In this document: piece by piece, positions 19,106 to 27,617 of the stretch
How positions within the stretch are numbered: the first letter of the stretch is position 1
How the letters are laid out: each line of letters opens with the position of its first letter
DNA from: an uncultured Anaerolineaceae bacterium
GTDB taxonomy: Bacteria > Chloroflexota > Anaerolineae > Anaerolineales > E44-bin32
Direction of reading: 5' to 3'
DNA length: 64,000 nucleotides
Assembly: GCA_964388955.1 (NCBI GenBank)
Contig: CAYMCO010000004.1
Location: 112,327 to 176,326 of the forward strand
Translations under genes and position numbers: made by a program
Notes under the pieces: model-generated
The model's input: the letters and a program-made list of their open reading frames with translations, nothing else
The model's database searches: none
What the model was told of the DNA's origin: nothing

Positions 19106-19504
19106 TCAACCGCCGCCGTTGCCCCTCCGCTGAGCTTCATAGGCCTCCAGCAGCCGATCCACCTCCGTTCGCACCCTCATCAGATCATCGGCCCATGCCG
19201 CAAGCTGCGTCTCCCCTTCCTCCGTGATGGAATAGACTTTCCGCGGCGGTCCCTGACTGTCCACATCCTGCCGCGACCTCACCCAGCCCGCATGCTCCAT
19301 TTCTCGCAGCATCCGGTAGAGCAGGCTCGGGTCCAGCCGCTCGGGGTCAATGCCGAATCGCTCAATCTCCCCTAACAGCGCGTATCCATGCGCCTCCCCC
19401 TCCAACAGCAGCAACAGCAGGCAGGGCTGCAGGAACTGACGCACCCGCCTTCGTCTGCGCCGGCCGTGCTTCCGCCCCCCTCGCCAACCACGCTCTCCTC
19501 TCAT
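19106..19504 (-). CDS. PadR-family transcriptional regulator with Arg-rich N-terminal extension
   Basis: 132 aa. Winged-helix core PCLLLLLLEGEAHGYALLGEI...LYRMLREMEHAGWV, preceded by MRGERGWRGGRKHGRRRRRRVRQF. Confidence 0.8.
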   Translation of the reverse strand: MRGERGWRGGRKHGRRRRRRVRQFLQPCLLLLLLEGEAHGYALLGEIERFGIDPERLDPSLLYRMLREMEHAGWVRSRQDVDSQGPPRKVYSITEEGETQLAAWADDLMRVRTEVDRLLEAYEAQRRGNGGG

Positions 19505-19537
19505 ACATTCCCTCCCCTTTATGAATCTAGTCCACTA

Positions 19538-19579
19538 ATGATATTTGGTCAATAGTATGATAGTCAATACTTTCATGAT
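19538..19579. promoter_or_regulatory. AT-rich divergent control region with phased short repeats
   Basis: ATGAT occurs at 19538, 19557 and 19575 (19- and 18-bp spacing). GTCAATA occurs at 19548 and 19563. The region lies between the padR start and the SCO gene. Confidence 0.35.
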
Positions 19580-19738
19580 TTTCGTCATTCTGCCAGAATG
19601 GGCTCGCTCGAAATTCACTGCCTTTCCGAGCCGGTGGGCCACTTGCGCTGCAACGCCCCCTCCCCAAAGGAGGGTGCGCGCTTGCCCAGTCCGGCAGGGG
19701 AACCGACGCGCAGCCTGCGTGGTAGAATTTCCAGCGCA

Positions 19739-20353
19739 ATGCCACGTACGGAATCTCACAAGGCCGCCCGTGCTTTCTCGCTGACGCTTGTGATAATCAG
19801 CTTGATCGCCGCCGCCTGCGCCGGAGGCGCGTACGCCTGGCACGGCAGCCCATATGCTGACACCTCGCCTGCCCCCGATTTCGAGCTCACCGATACAGAG
19901 GGGGAGCCCTTCCGGTTGAGCGCCCAGCAAGGCAAAGCTGTGCTGCTCTTTTTCGGCTACACCTCGTGCCCGGATATTTGCCCCGCCACTGTGGGCGAGA
20001 TGCGCTCGGTGTTTGACCAGATGGGAGCGGACGCGTCGAAGGCCATCTTTGCCTTCATCACCGTGGACCCTGAAAGGGACTCGGCCGAGGCCCTGCGGGA
20101 TTACCTGGACAGATTCAACCCCAATTTCGTCGGCCTTTGGGGTGACCCAGGGCGCCTAGCCACCGCCGAGGGCGCGTATGGCGTATTCGCTCAGGCGGAC
20201 GATCACCAACCGGGCGAACCCTATGAAGTGACACACACCGCCAGGGTTTTCCTGATCGACCCCGAAGGGCTGCTGCGCACCAATTACCCGGTCGACACCG
20301 ATCCGCAGGACATCCTTGCCGATCTGCAGTACGTGACCAAGCGCGCGCCATGA
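19739..20353 (+). CDS. SCO1/SenC-family copper chaperone (lipoprotein-like)
   Basis: Thioredoxin fold with FFGYTSCPDICP (CxxxC copper site). Signal sequence ends in IAAAC. Start at MPRTES (19739). Confidence 0.85.
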   Translation: MPRTESHKAARAFSLTLVIISLIAAACAGGAYAWHGSPYADTSPAPDFELTDTEGEPFRLSAQQGKAVLLFFGYTSCPDICPATVGEMRSVFDQMGADASKAIFAFITVDPERDSAEALRDYLDRFNPNFVGLWGDPGRLATAEGAYGVFAQADDHQPGEPYEVTHTARVFLIDPEGLLRTNYPVDTDPQDILADLQYVTKRAP

Positions 20354-20553
20354 AACGCCGCCGCTGTTCCATCGAAGCCCTGGCAGCCGTGCTCGCATTA
20401 ACCGCCTGCAGCCGGACCCGGATCGGGATCGAAGTTCCGGACGCATGGGCCCGGCCGGCGTCCGCCGGCGCCAACAGCGCTCTCCGTATCCATACACTTC
20501 TCTTCCAGCAGGCCGGCCCAATCACCATCCAGGTGCCGTTTGAGGACCGATGA
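20350..20553 (+). CDS. PCuAC (DUF461)-like lipoprotein remnant lacking the copper-ligand core
   Basis: 67 aa. LTAC lipobox. The N-terminal PCuAC block DAWARPASAGANSAL joins directly to a C-terminal-type block LLFQQAGPITIQVPFE. ATGA overlap with the SCO gene. Confidence 0.45.
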   Translation: MKRRRCSIEALAAVLALTACSRTRIGIEVPDAWARPASAGANSALRIHTLLFQQAGPITIQVPFEDR

Positions 20554-20590
20554 CCCCTCCTCTACCGCGCTGCAGCCAGACGAAGGCGAA

Positions 20591-22042
20591 ATGAATACTC
20601 AGCCACGGCTCACTGTCTCGCATACGGCATCAGTTTACCGGCCGCGGCAAATCCGGGACCTTCTCCATCTTCCCCTCATGGGGCGGCTATTGCGCTGGCG
20701 GTGGGGCCGCCTGGTCTTTCAGTCCATCCTCATGGCGGTCGCCTTGCTGATGGTCTACGACGGATTCACGGGCCCACAGATGGCGGCGGACAACACCGCC
20801 ACCCTGTTCGCCTGGGTGCACTACCGGGGTTTCATCATCCTGGCCCTGCTGCTGGTGGGCAACCTGTTCTGCTTCGCCTGCCCGTTTACGCTGCCGCGCA
20901 CGCTGGCCATGCGGCTCAGCGGCGCGGGCCAGCGCTTTCCCCGGTTCCTGCGCAATAAATGGATCGCCATCGGGTCGCTATTCCTCATCTTCTGGCTCTA
21001 CGAATGGCTCGACCTCTGGGCCAGCCCGTGGCTCACGGCCTGGCTCATCGTGGCCTACTTCGTGGCCGCCTTTGCCCTGGAGTCGCTCTTTGCCGAATCT
21101 CCCTTCTGCAAGTATGTCTGCCCACTGGGTGCCTTCAATTTCGTGCACAGCCGGATCTCCCCTTTGCAGATCACGGCCCGGGATCCGGCAGTGTGCCGTG
21201 ACTGCGAGGGCAAGGAATGCGTGAACGGAACCACCCAGGTCCTGGGCTGCGGCACCGAGCTCTTCGTGCCCACCCTGCGCTCAAACATGGATTGCGTGTT
21301 GTGCCTGGACTGCGCCCGGGCCTGCCCCTATGACAACGTGGCGCTGCAAGTGCGCCGGCCTCTGGAGGAGCTGGCCTCCGACCGTTCGGCGAAGCACTGG
21401 GGAGGCATCCTGCTGACGACTTCGCTGGTCTTCATGGGCCTGATGAACGCCTTTGGAATGGTCAAACCAGTGCGCTCCCTGCAGTCCTGGCTTGGAGAGC
21501 TCGGCCTGCGCTGGGAGGGTGGGCAGCTACTATTGCTGTTTGGCATCGGCGGGCTGGTGCTGCCTGCGGCGGCCACCCTCGGAGCCGCCTGGCTCAGCGG
21601 CCGGTTGGCCGGACCCGAGAGGCGGGAGGCGGGCAGAGAATACGCGGCCCGATACGCCTCTGCCTTTATCCCTATGGGATTTGGCGTCTGGCTGGCGCAT
21701 TACGGCTTCCACCTCGCCATCAGCGGGCTGGCTGTCGTGCCGGCCCTGCAATCCTTCTTCCTACGGCACGGCTCGCTGTTATTGGGGGGCAAGGCAAACT
21801 GGAACCTCAGCTATCTGCTCCCGGCGGAGTGGATCTTTCCTCTCCAGGTCCTCGCGGTGCTCGCCGGGTTCCTGGTCTCACTTGTCGTGCTGACCAGAAG
21901 TGCCTTGGAGTCTTCCAGCGAGCCCATTAACGCCTTTCTCGAGCTGCTCCCTTGGGCGGCCCTGCTCTTCCTGATCACAGTGGCCGCCCTGGCGGTTTTC
22001 AACCTGCCGATGGAAATGCGCGGCATGATGATGGCGACATGA
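20591..22042 (+). CDS. membrane-bound polyferredoxin (CcoG/NapH/FesM-like)
   Basis: Multi-TM protein with Cys motifs CFACP, CKYVCPLG, CRDCEGKEC and CVLCLDCARACP. ATG at 20591 chosen; a TTG at 20540 is possible. Confidence 0.75.
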   Translation: MNTQPRLTVSHTASVYRPRQIRDLLHLPLMGRLLRWRWGRLVFQSILMAVALLMVYDGFTGPQMAADNTATLFAWVHYRGFIILALLLVGNLFCFACPFTLPRTLAMRLSGAGQRFPRFLRNKWIAIGSLFLIFWLYEWLDLWASPWLTAWLIVAYFVAAFALESLFAESPFCKYVCPLGAFNFVHSRISPLQITARDPAVCRDCEGKECVNGTTQVLGCGTELFVPTLRSNMDCVLCLDCARACPYDNVALQVRRPLEELASDRSAKHWGGILLTTSLVFMGLMNAFGMVKPVRSLQSWLGELGLRWEGGQLLLLFGIGGLVLPAAATLGAAWLSGRLAGPERREAGREYAARYASAFIPMGFGVWLAHYGFHLAISGLAVVPALQSFFLRHGSLLLGGKANWNLSYLLPAEWIFPLQVLAVLAGFLVSLVVLTRSALESSSEPINAFLELLPWAALLFLITVAALAVFNLPMEMRGMMMAT

Positions 22043-22602
22043 GAACCCTCCGCTTGGCTTCGGGCCTCGTGTGGGCCGCATTGTTCCTCTCCATCGCCCA
22101 GCCCACGGCCGCTTCCGGGCCGGGCACGGGCGGCCGGCGCATCCAACTGGACAACGAACCGGCAGGCCCTTTCCGGTTGCGCGTCGTCACGTCTCCCACC
22201 CCGCCATCGGTCGAGAACCTGTATCTGGAGGTCAAGGTGCTCGACGGCGCCTCGGGAAACACGGTCACCGACGCTCAGGTGCTCACCTGGGCCCATCCAG
22301 CGCAGGGCGATGCACCCAGAATTGAAGCGCAGGCCAACCACGACATCGCCCCCATCCCCACGGAATATGCCGCCCACTTGCCGGTCCCAGAGGCGGGCAT
22401 GTGGCGGATCCATGTGCAGGTCACCGGAGTACAGGGCAGCGGCGAAGTATCTTTCCTGCAGCGGGTGAACAACCGGACATCTCTGGGCTGGGTCATCGCC
22501 ATCGGCGTGCCACTCGGGGGACTGAGCCTGCTGGCAGTCTTCTTTCTCTGGCTGCAGCGCAGCCAGGGCGGGTCGCGCGTGGGTGCCCGGCCCGATTCCT
22601 GA
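22039..22602 (+). CDS. secreted beta-rich protein with C-terminal TM anchor (FixH/YtkA-like, weak)
   Basis: 187 aa from MRTLRLASGLVW. Signal peptide, a C-terminal TM helix, and an ATGA overlap with the polyferredoxin gene. Confidence 0.5.
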   Translation: MRTLRLASGLVWAALFLSIAQPTAASGPGTGGRRIQLDNEPAGPFRLRVVTSPTPPSVENLYLEVKVLDGASGNTVTDAQVLTWAHPAQGDAPRIEAQANHDIAPIPTEYAAHLPVPEAGMWRIHVQVTGVQGSGEVSFLQRVNNRTSLGWVIAIGVPLGGLSLLAVFFLWLQRSQGGSRVGARPDS

Positions 22603-22792
22603 GGGGCGGACACTCCCACCGCATGCTTCGACCCACCGTGATCGGCCAGGGCGAAAACGGACTTTATCGATCCTCCTATTGGAACGATCCGCGCCCCCTC
22701 AAGAATCTGAAGGGTATGCCGGTCCAGCTTCCAGCGGGGCTTGGCGCGCCGAGGGCTATGGGATTTCCGCGTGAATATGAGGATAAACGCTG

Positions 22793-23704
22793 CTAGAGCA
22801 GGGTATCCAGCACCAATGCGGCGAAGACCAGGGCCAGGTATGTGTTCGAAAAACGATACATCCGCCAGGCCACCCGAGTGTCCTTGTCTCTAAGCACATG
22901 GTATGCCTGGAAGATCAACCCCGCGCCGAGCACCATCGCCGCCACCACGTAGAGCCACTCGCCGAGATGCACGACCGGCAGCAGAAATGTCAAGGCCACC
23001 ACCTGCACACTGTAGAGCAGAATCATCCAGCGCGCTTCCCGATCGCCATATACTACGGGCATCATCGGGATTCCCGCCCGCGCGTAGTCCCGCCGGCGCA
23101 CAAGGGCCATTGCCCAGAAGTGTGGCGGGGTCCAGAAGAATACGACCGCAGCCAGAAACAGGCCCGCGATGGACAGCCCGCCGGTGGCCGCCGCCCAACC
23201 CACCAGCGGCGGAAAGCAGCCTGCCCCACCTCCCACCACGATGTTCTGGGCCGTCGTGGGCTTCAGGATCATGCTGTAGAACACTACATAGTAAAGCACA
23301 CCTGTCAGTGCCAGGAGCGCGCTCAGCAGATTGACAAACAGCGCCAGGGCGGTGACGCCCAGAACACATAGCGAGATCCCAAAGACCAGCGCCTCGCGGC
23401 GGTCCAGCCGTTCGGCTGGCAGCGGCCTTGCCCGCGTCCGACGCATCAAGCGATCCAAATCCCGATCGACATAGTGATTCAAGGCGCTGGCACCCCCCGC
23501 CGTCAGCGCGCCACCAAGCAGAGTCCAGAACACGACCTTGACACCGGGCCACCCGGCCGCTCCGACAACCATGGCAGCCAATGTGGTCAGCAGTTGTAAG
23601 GCCACGATAATCGGCTTCGTCAGTGTAAGGAAATCGCGGAGCCTCGCCATGCGCGGGGGGCTATCGAGGTGTGTTCTCTCCTGGTTTTCCACGTTCAGCG
23701 CCAC
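22793..23704 (-). CDS. ctaB: protohaem IX farnesyltransferase (haem O synthase)
   Basis: 303 aa UbiA-fold protein. NHYVDRDLD and PPHFWA motifs are typical of CtaB/CyoE. Confidence 0.9.
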   Translation of the reverse strand: MALNVENQERTHLDSPPRMARLRDFLTLTKPIIVALQLLTTLAAMVVGAAGWPGVKVVFWTLLGGALTAGGASALNHYVDRDLDRLMRRTRARPLPAERLDRREALVFGISLCVLGVTALALFVNLLSALLALTGVLYYVVFYSMILKPTTAQNIVVGGGAGCFPPLVGWAAATGGLSIAGLFLAAVVFFWTPPHFWAMALVRRRDYARAGIPMMPVVYGDREARWMILLYSVQVVALTFLLPVVHLGEWLYVVAAMVLGAGLIFQAYHVLRDKDTRVAWRMYRFSNTYLALVFAALVLDTLL

Positions 23705-23767
23705 TGGCCGTTATCCTCCTGGGCCCTTGTCCGCGTGTCAGAGGCCTCGCCCGCGCCCCTTCGGTCC

Positions 23768-24058
23768 TTAGGAACGCACCGCAACATAGGCGAAAACAAT
23801 GAGCAAGACCACGGGAATCAAGAGTATGTACATGTAGATCCGTGAATCGGTTTTCAGATGCATGTAGAAGCCGGCCACCAAGGCGGCTTTGCTGATCGAG
23901 AACAAAGCGAAGAGCCCGTTCCGAAGATCCTGGGGAACGCCCAGCCCGGTGGAGAGAAGCACTTCGACCACCGTGATGACTGCCAAAATGAGAAATACCA
24001 CGGCGTATGTGAGCCGAGAGATCGGCCTTCCTTCTGCTGAAGAGATATTCGCTTTCAT
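23768..24058 (-). CDS. ctaF: cytochrome c oxidase subunit IV (prokaryotic COX4 family)
   Basis: 96 aa with 3 TM helices and KAALVAGFYMHL, which is typical of the family. Lies immediately downstream of subunit III. Confidence 0.65.
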   Translation of the reverse strand: MKANISSAEGRPISRLTYAVVFLILAVITVVEVLLSTGLGVPQDLRNGLFALFSISKAALVAGFYMHLKTDSRIYMYILLIPVVLLIVFAYVAVRS

Positions 24059-24060
24059 AT

Positions 24061-24666
24061 TTACAGCCCCGAGAGCAGGTAGATCAATGTAAACAGCACG
24101 ATCCAGACCACATCCACGAAGTGCCAGTAGATGCCAAACACCTCGACACCCATATAGTTTCCGGCATCATATGCCCCCCGGGATGCCTTTACCGCGGTCA
24201 GCACGGCCCATATGATGCCTGCAAAGACATGCAGCCCGTGGAAGCCGGTTAACGTGAAGAAGCTGGAGGCGAACACGCTGCTGCCAAGCGTCATCCCTTT
24301 CCCGACGAGCTTGGAGAACTCAACCAACTGTCCTGTCAGGAACCCAGCGCCCAGCATGATGGTCACGATGAGGAATCGGACCAGCCCCGCCTGGTCGCCT
24401 CTTTGGATAGCAGAGATGCCCATTACCACGCTGAAGCTGGAGGTCAGCAGTATGAAGGTGTTGACTCCGACGAGGACCACATCCAGCAGCGCGGCCTGCT
24501 CGGGAGCAGGGTGGTTGAGCTCATAGAAGAGGAAGGTGGAGATCAAGCCGCCGAAGAACATCACCTCCGAGGCAATGAATAACCAGATCCCCAACTTGAG
24601 GTGATCGACGCCCAGCGCCTTTCCGGCCTGGAAGCGTCCTTCGTCGGCCATGAGTGATTCGGACAT
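24061..24666 (-). CDS. ctaE: cytochrome c oxidase subunit III
   Basis: Start at MSESLMADEG (24666). Multi-TM with FFTLTGFHGLHV and WHFVDVVW motifs. Confidence 0.85.
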   Translation of the reverse strand: MSESLMADEGRFQAGKALGVDHLKLGIWLFIASEVMFFGGLISTFLFYELNHPAPEQAALLDVVLVGVNTFILLTSSFSVVMGISAIQRGDQAGLVRFLIVTIMLGAGFLTGQLVEFSKLVGKGMTLGSSVFASSFFTLTGFHGLHVFAGIIWAVLTAVKASRGAYDAGNYMGVEVFGIYWHFVDVVWIVLFTLIYLLSGL

Positions 24667-24682
24667 CGGCCTGCTCCCTCCC

Positions 24683-26311
24683 TCAATCTCCCGCGGGTTC
24701 CGCCGCGATGTGCCTCTCAGCCGGCACGGCCGGCTCGCCATAGTCATACGGTCCACGGGTTACTCTGGGCAGACGCTCGAAGTTCCCCGGCGGAGGCGGC
24801 GAGGTGGTCTGCCATTCCAAGGTCAGGGCGCGCCATGGGTTGGCGGATGCCCGGGGCCCGCGCAGCCAACTCCACGCCATATTGAGCACGAAGATCAAGA
24901 TCGATGTGCCGAGGACATAGGCGCCGATGCTCGAGACCATGTTAAGAGATGCCAGCTCAGGCCGGTAGTCCACCACCCGGCGCGGCATGCCCTGCAAGCC
25001 CAGCAGAAACATCGGCAGGTAGGTCAAGTTGGCCCCGATGAATGTCAAATAGAACTGCAGTTGTCCCAGAGATTCGTTGTACCTACGGCCGGTGACCTTC
25101 GGGAACCAGTAGTAGAACCCCGCCAGGATCGAGAACACACTGCCGCCAAACAGCACATAGTGCAGGTGGCCCACAATGAAATAGGTGTCATGCACATGCA
25201 GATCGAAGGGGATGGATGCCTGGAATACCCCGGTGATGCCACCGATCAAGAACATGGAGATGAACCCCAGGGTGAACAGCATGGGCGTCTTCAAATCCAG
25301 CTTGCCTCCCCATATTGTGGCCAACCAGGAGAAGATCTTGATCCCGGTAGGCACAGCGATGATCATGGAGGTGATCATGAACGGCACTCGCAGGCCGGGG
25401 GCCATTCCACTGGCGAACATGTGGTGTGCCCAAACCGTCATCCCCAGCACCGCGATGGCCATGCTGGACAGCGCGATGGCCTTGTAGCCGAAGATCGGTT
25501 TGCGGGAAAATGGCGGCAGCACCTCGGAGATGATCCCCATACCCGGCAGCACCATGATGTACACGGCTGGGTGCGAATAGAACCAGAACACGTTCTGCCA
25601 AAGGATGGGATCGCCCCCGGCCTGGACCGTGAAGAACAGGGTCCCGAGCATTCGGTCGAACACCAGCAGGATGAGCCCGGCGGTCAACATGGGAGTGGCG
25701 ATGAGCACAATCAGAGCGGTGGCGAACATGCTCCATACAAAAAGAGGCATTGACCAGAAGGTCATCCCCTCGGCTCGCATAGTGATGATGGTGGTCAAGA
25801 AGTTGATGGCTCCCATAATGGAGGAGGTGCCCAGGACCGCCACGGCAAGCGCCCACAGGGTCTGACCGTCAGGGACAACTGTCGAAAGCGGTGCATAGGC
25901 CGTCCATCCGCTCTCCGCAGGCCCCACCAAAGCGCTCGTCGCCAAAATCAACCCTGCGACAGGAAACAGCCAGTATGACAAGGCGTTCAATCTCGGAAAG
26001 GCCATGTCCCGGGCCCCGATCATGAGCGGGACGAAATAATTGCCGAACCCCGCCCAGACGGGGATGACCCAAAAGAAGACCATGATCGAGCCGTGATTGG
26101 TGATCACCTGGTTGTACAGTTCACCGTTGAGCAGACTGATGCCAGGCCGGAGCAGCTCCGTCCGGATCAACATCGCCAAGGTGCCGCCCACAAGGAAGAA
26201 GAACAGCGCGGTCACCATGTACTGCACACCGATCACCTTGTGATCCGTGTTCCATCTGAAGTAGCGGCGCCAACCCCCGCCGCTTTTCATCGCGTATTCC
26301 GCTGTGGCCAT
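24683..26311 (-). CDS. ctaD: cytochrome c oxidase subunit I (haem-copper oxidase, A-type)
   Basis: 542 aa. WFYSHPAVY, HHMF and HFHYV-like (HLHYVLFGG) signatures, 12 or more TM helices. Confidence 0.95.
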   Translation of the reverse strand: MATAEYAMKSGGGWRRYFRWNTDHKVIGVQYMVTALFFFLVGGTLAMLIRTELLRPGISLLNGELYNQVITNHGSIMVFFWVIPVWAGFGNYFVPLMIGARDMAFPRLNALSYWLFPVAGLILATSALVGPAESGWTAYAPLSTVVPDGQTLWALAVAVLGTSSIMGAINFLTTIITMRAEGMTFWSMPLFVWSMFATALIVLIATPMLTAGLILLVFDRMLGTLFFTVQAGGDPILWQNVFWFYSHPAVYIMVLPGMGIISEVLPPFSRKPIFGYKAIALSSMAIAVLGMTVWAHHMFASGMAPGLRVPFMITSMIIAVPTGIKIFSWLATIWGGKLDLKTPMLFTLGFISMFLIGGITGVFQASIPFDLHVHDTYFIVGHLHYVLFGGSVFSILAGFYYWFPKVTGRRYNESLGQLQFYLTFIGANLTYLPMFLLGLQGMPRRVVDYRPELASLNMVSSIGAYVLGTSILIFVLNMAWSWLRGPRASANPWRALTLEWQTTSPPPPGNFERLPRVTRGPYDYGEPAVPAERHIAAEPAGD

Positions 26312-26347
26312 CCCATCACTCCCAATTCGATTTCGACCCGGGTCTCA

Positions 26348-27370
26348 CTATCGCTTCAGCAGATATTGCACCAGAGCGTTGATCTCCTCGTCCGAGAGTC
26401 TCTCGGCGAAATCCTGCGGCATAACCCCCTCGGGGAAGCCCTCCACCACATTTGCGTTCGGATCCAAGATCGATTGCCGGATGTATGCCGGGGCATCCAT
26501 GCCCGGGACTCGCTCGCCGGCGCGCTCGCCAATGCCGTCCAGATCAGGCCCCACCTGCCCCTCTGCGCCAGCATCAGCGAGGGTGTGGCATGCCCCACAG
26601 CCCTGGGCCACGAATAGTGCACGCTGCCCATCCACCGAATCCAGCGGCTGTTCCGCCGTCGCTCGCTGACTGGACAACCAGCTCTCGAATTCCTCGGGGG
26701 TCTCAACAATCGCATCGGTCACCATGCCGGCATGCCCGGGGCCGCACAATTCAGCGCACTGCACTTGGTATGTCCCGGTGCGTACTGGCCGCAGGGTCAG
26801 GTCAGAAATCCGGCCCGGGGTGGCGTCTCGCTTGACCCGGAACTGGGGCACATAGAAAGAATGGATCACATCTTCAGAGGTGATCTGCAGATGGGCCTCC
26901 CGGTTCAACGGCAAATGGAGCACAGAGGAGGTGACCCCGGACTCGGGGTAGGTGAATTGCCATGAGAACTGGCGGCCCACCACCTCGATCACCAAAGGAT
27001 TCTCACCGGGAAGCTCCGACTTGGTCAGGACTTGATAGGAATACAGGCTGATGCTTACCACAATAACCACGGGAATCAACGTCCAAACAATCTCCAGTGC
27101 CGTGTTCCCGTGGATCGGTGGGCCGTCCTCCTGATCGCCGGGCTGGCGCCGGAAGCGCAGCACCGCATACACCAGTCCCCCCTCAACAACCAAGAAGATG
27201 ACGGCCGACACACCCAACATCACTCGAAACAGCTGGTCAACCAACTCCGCACGCTGCGCACCAGGGCGCGGCAATATCCCCGACACATCCACCGCAACGG
27301 CAACGTAGACGCCAATGGCGATCAGGGCGATCGATATGGCGGCTATGGCGAGAATTCTCCCTCTATTCAA
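26348..27370 (-). CDS. ctaC: cytochrome c oxidase subunit II with fused C-terminal cytochrome c domain
   Basis: CuA site CAELCGPGHAGM and C-terminal CGACH haem c motif. TTG at 27370 is preceded by GGAGGAG 8 nt upstream; the track ORF extends to 27439. Confidence 0.9.
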   Translation of the reverse strand: MNRGRILAIAAISIALIAIGVYVAVAVDVSGILPRPGAQRAELVDQLFRVMLGVSAVIFLVVEGGLVYAVLRFRRQPGDQEDGPPIHGNTALEIVWTLIPVVIVVSISLYSYQVLTKSELPGENPLVIEVVGRQFSWQFTYPESGVTSSVLHLPLNREAHLQITSEDVIHSFYVPQFRVKRDATPGRISDLTLRPVRTGTYQVQCAELCGPGHAGMVTDAIVETPEEFESWLSSQRATAEQPLDSVDGQRALFVAQGCGACHTLADAGAEGQVGPDLDGIGERAGERVPGMDAPAYIRQSILDPNANVVEGFPEGVMPQDFAERLSDEEINALVQYLLKR

Positions 27371-27514
27371 TTGGCCGTCTCCTCCCCCAAGTTGAGTCCG
27401 CAGCCGACCGCAGCGGCTGCGCGCGATCCTCCCCACCAATTGGAAATGTCCTGCTGACCAACCCGCATGATTCTACCATCTCCACCCATATCTATCCATT
27501 TATTATTGTTCAGA

Positions 27515-27523
27515 TGATATAAT
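27515..27523 (+). promoter_or_regulatory. extended -10 element TGATATAAT upstream of the cupredoxin gene
   Basis: Exact TGnTATAAT about 95 nt upstream of 27618. The same 9-mer recurs at 38762. Confidence 0.4.
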
Positions 27524-27617
27524 CCGGCCGCAAGCGGATGGCCCCGAAATCTACGGGGCGACCACATCGAGGAGCAGAGAAGAAGAAAAGCAGAGGCGAA
27601 CCTTCACGCTGATTGGA

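Noticed and set aside
20551-20958. Possible UGA (selenocysteine) read-through of the PCuAC-like ORF, considered because selA is present
   Set aside because: The sequence downstream of the TGA in that frame is low-complexity Arg/Pro/Gly/Ala-rich with no PCuAC similarity, and it overlaps the well-supported polyferredoxin frame. I saw no SECIS-like evidence.
24650-25753. 367-aa plus-strand ORF (and the 222-aa minus-strand alternative-frame ORF 25188..25856) over ctaD
   Set aside because: Both overlap the unmistakable cytochrome oxidase subunit I frame, and their translations are low-complexity.
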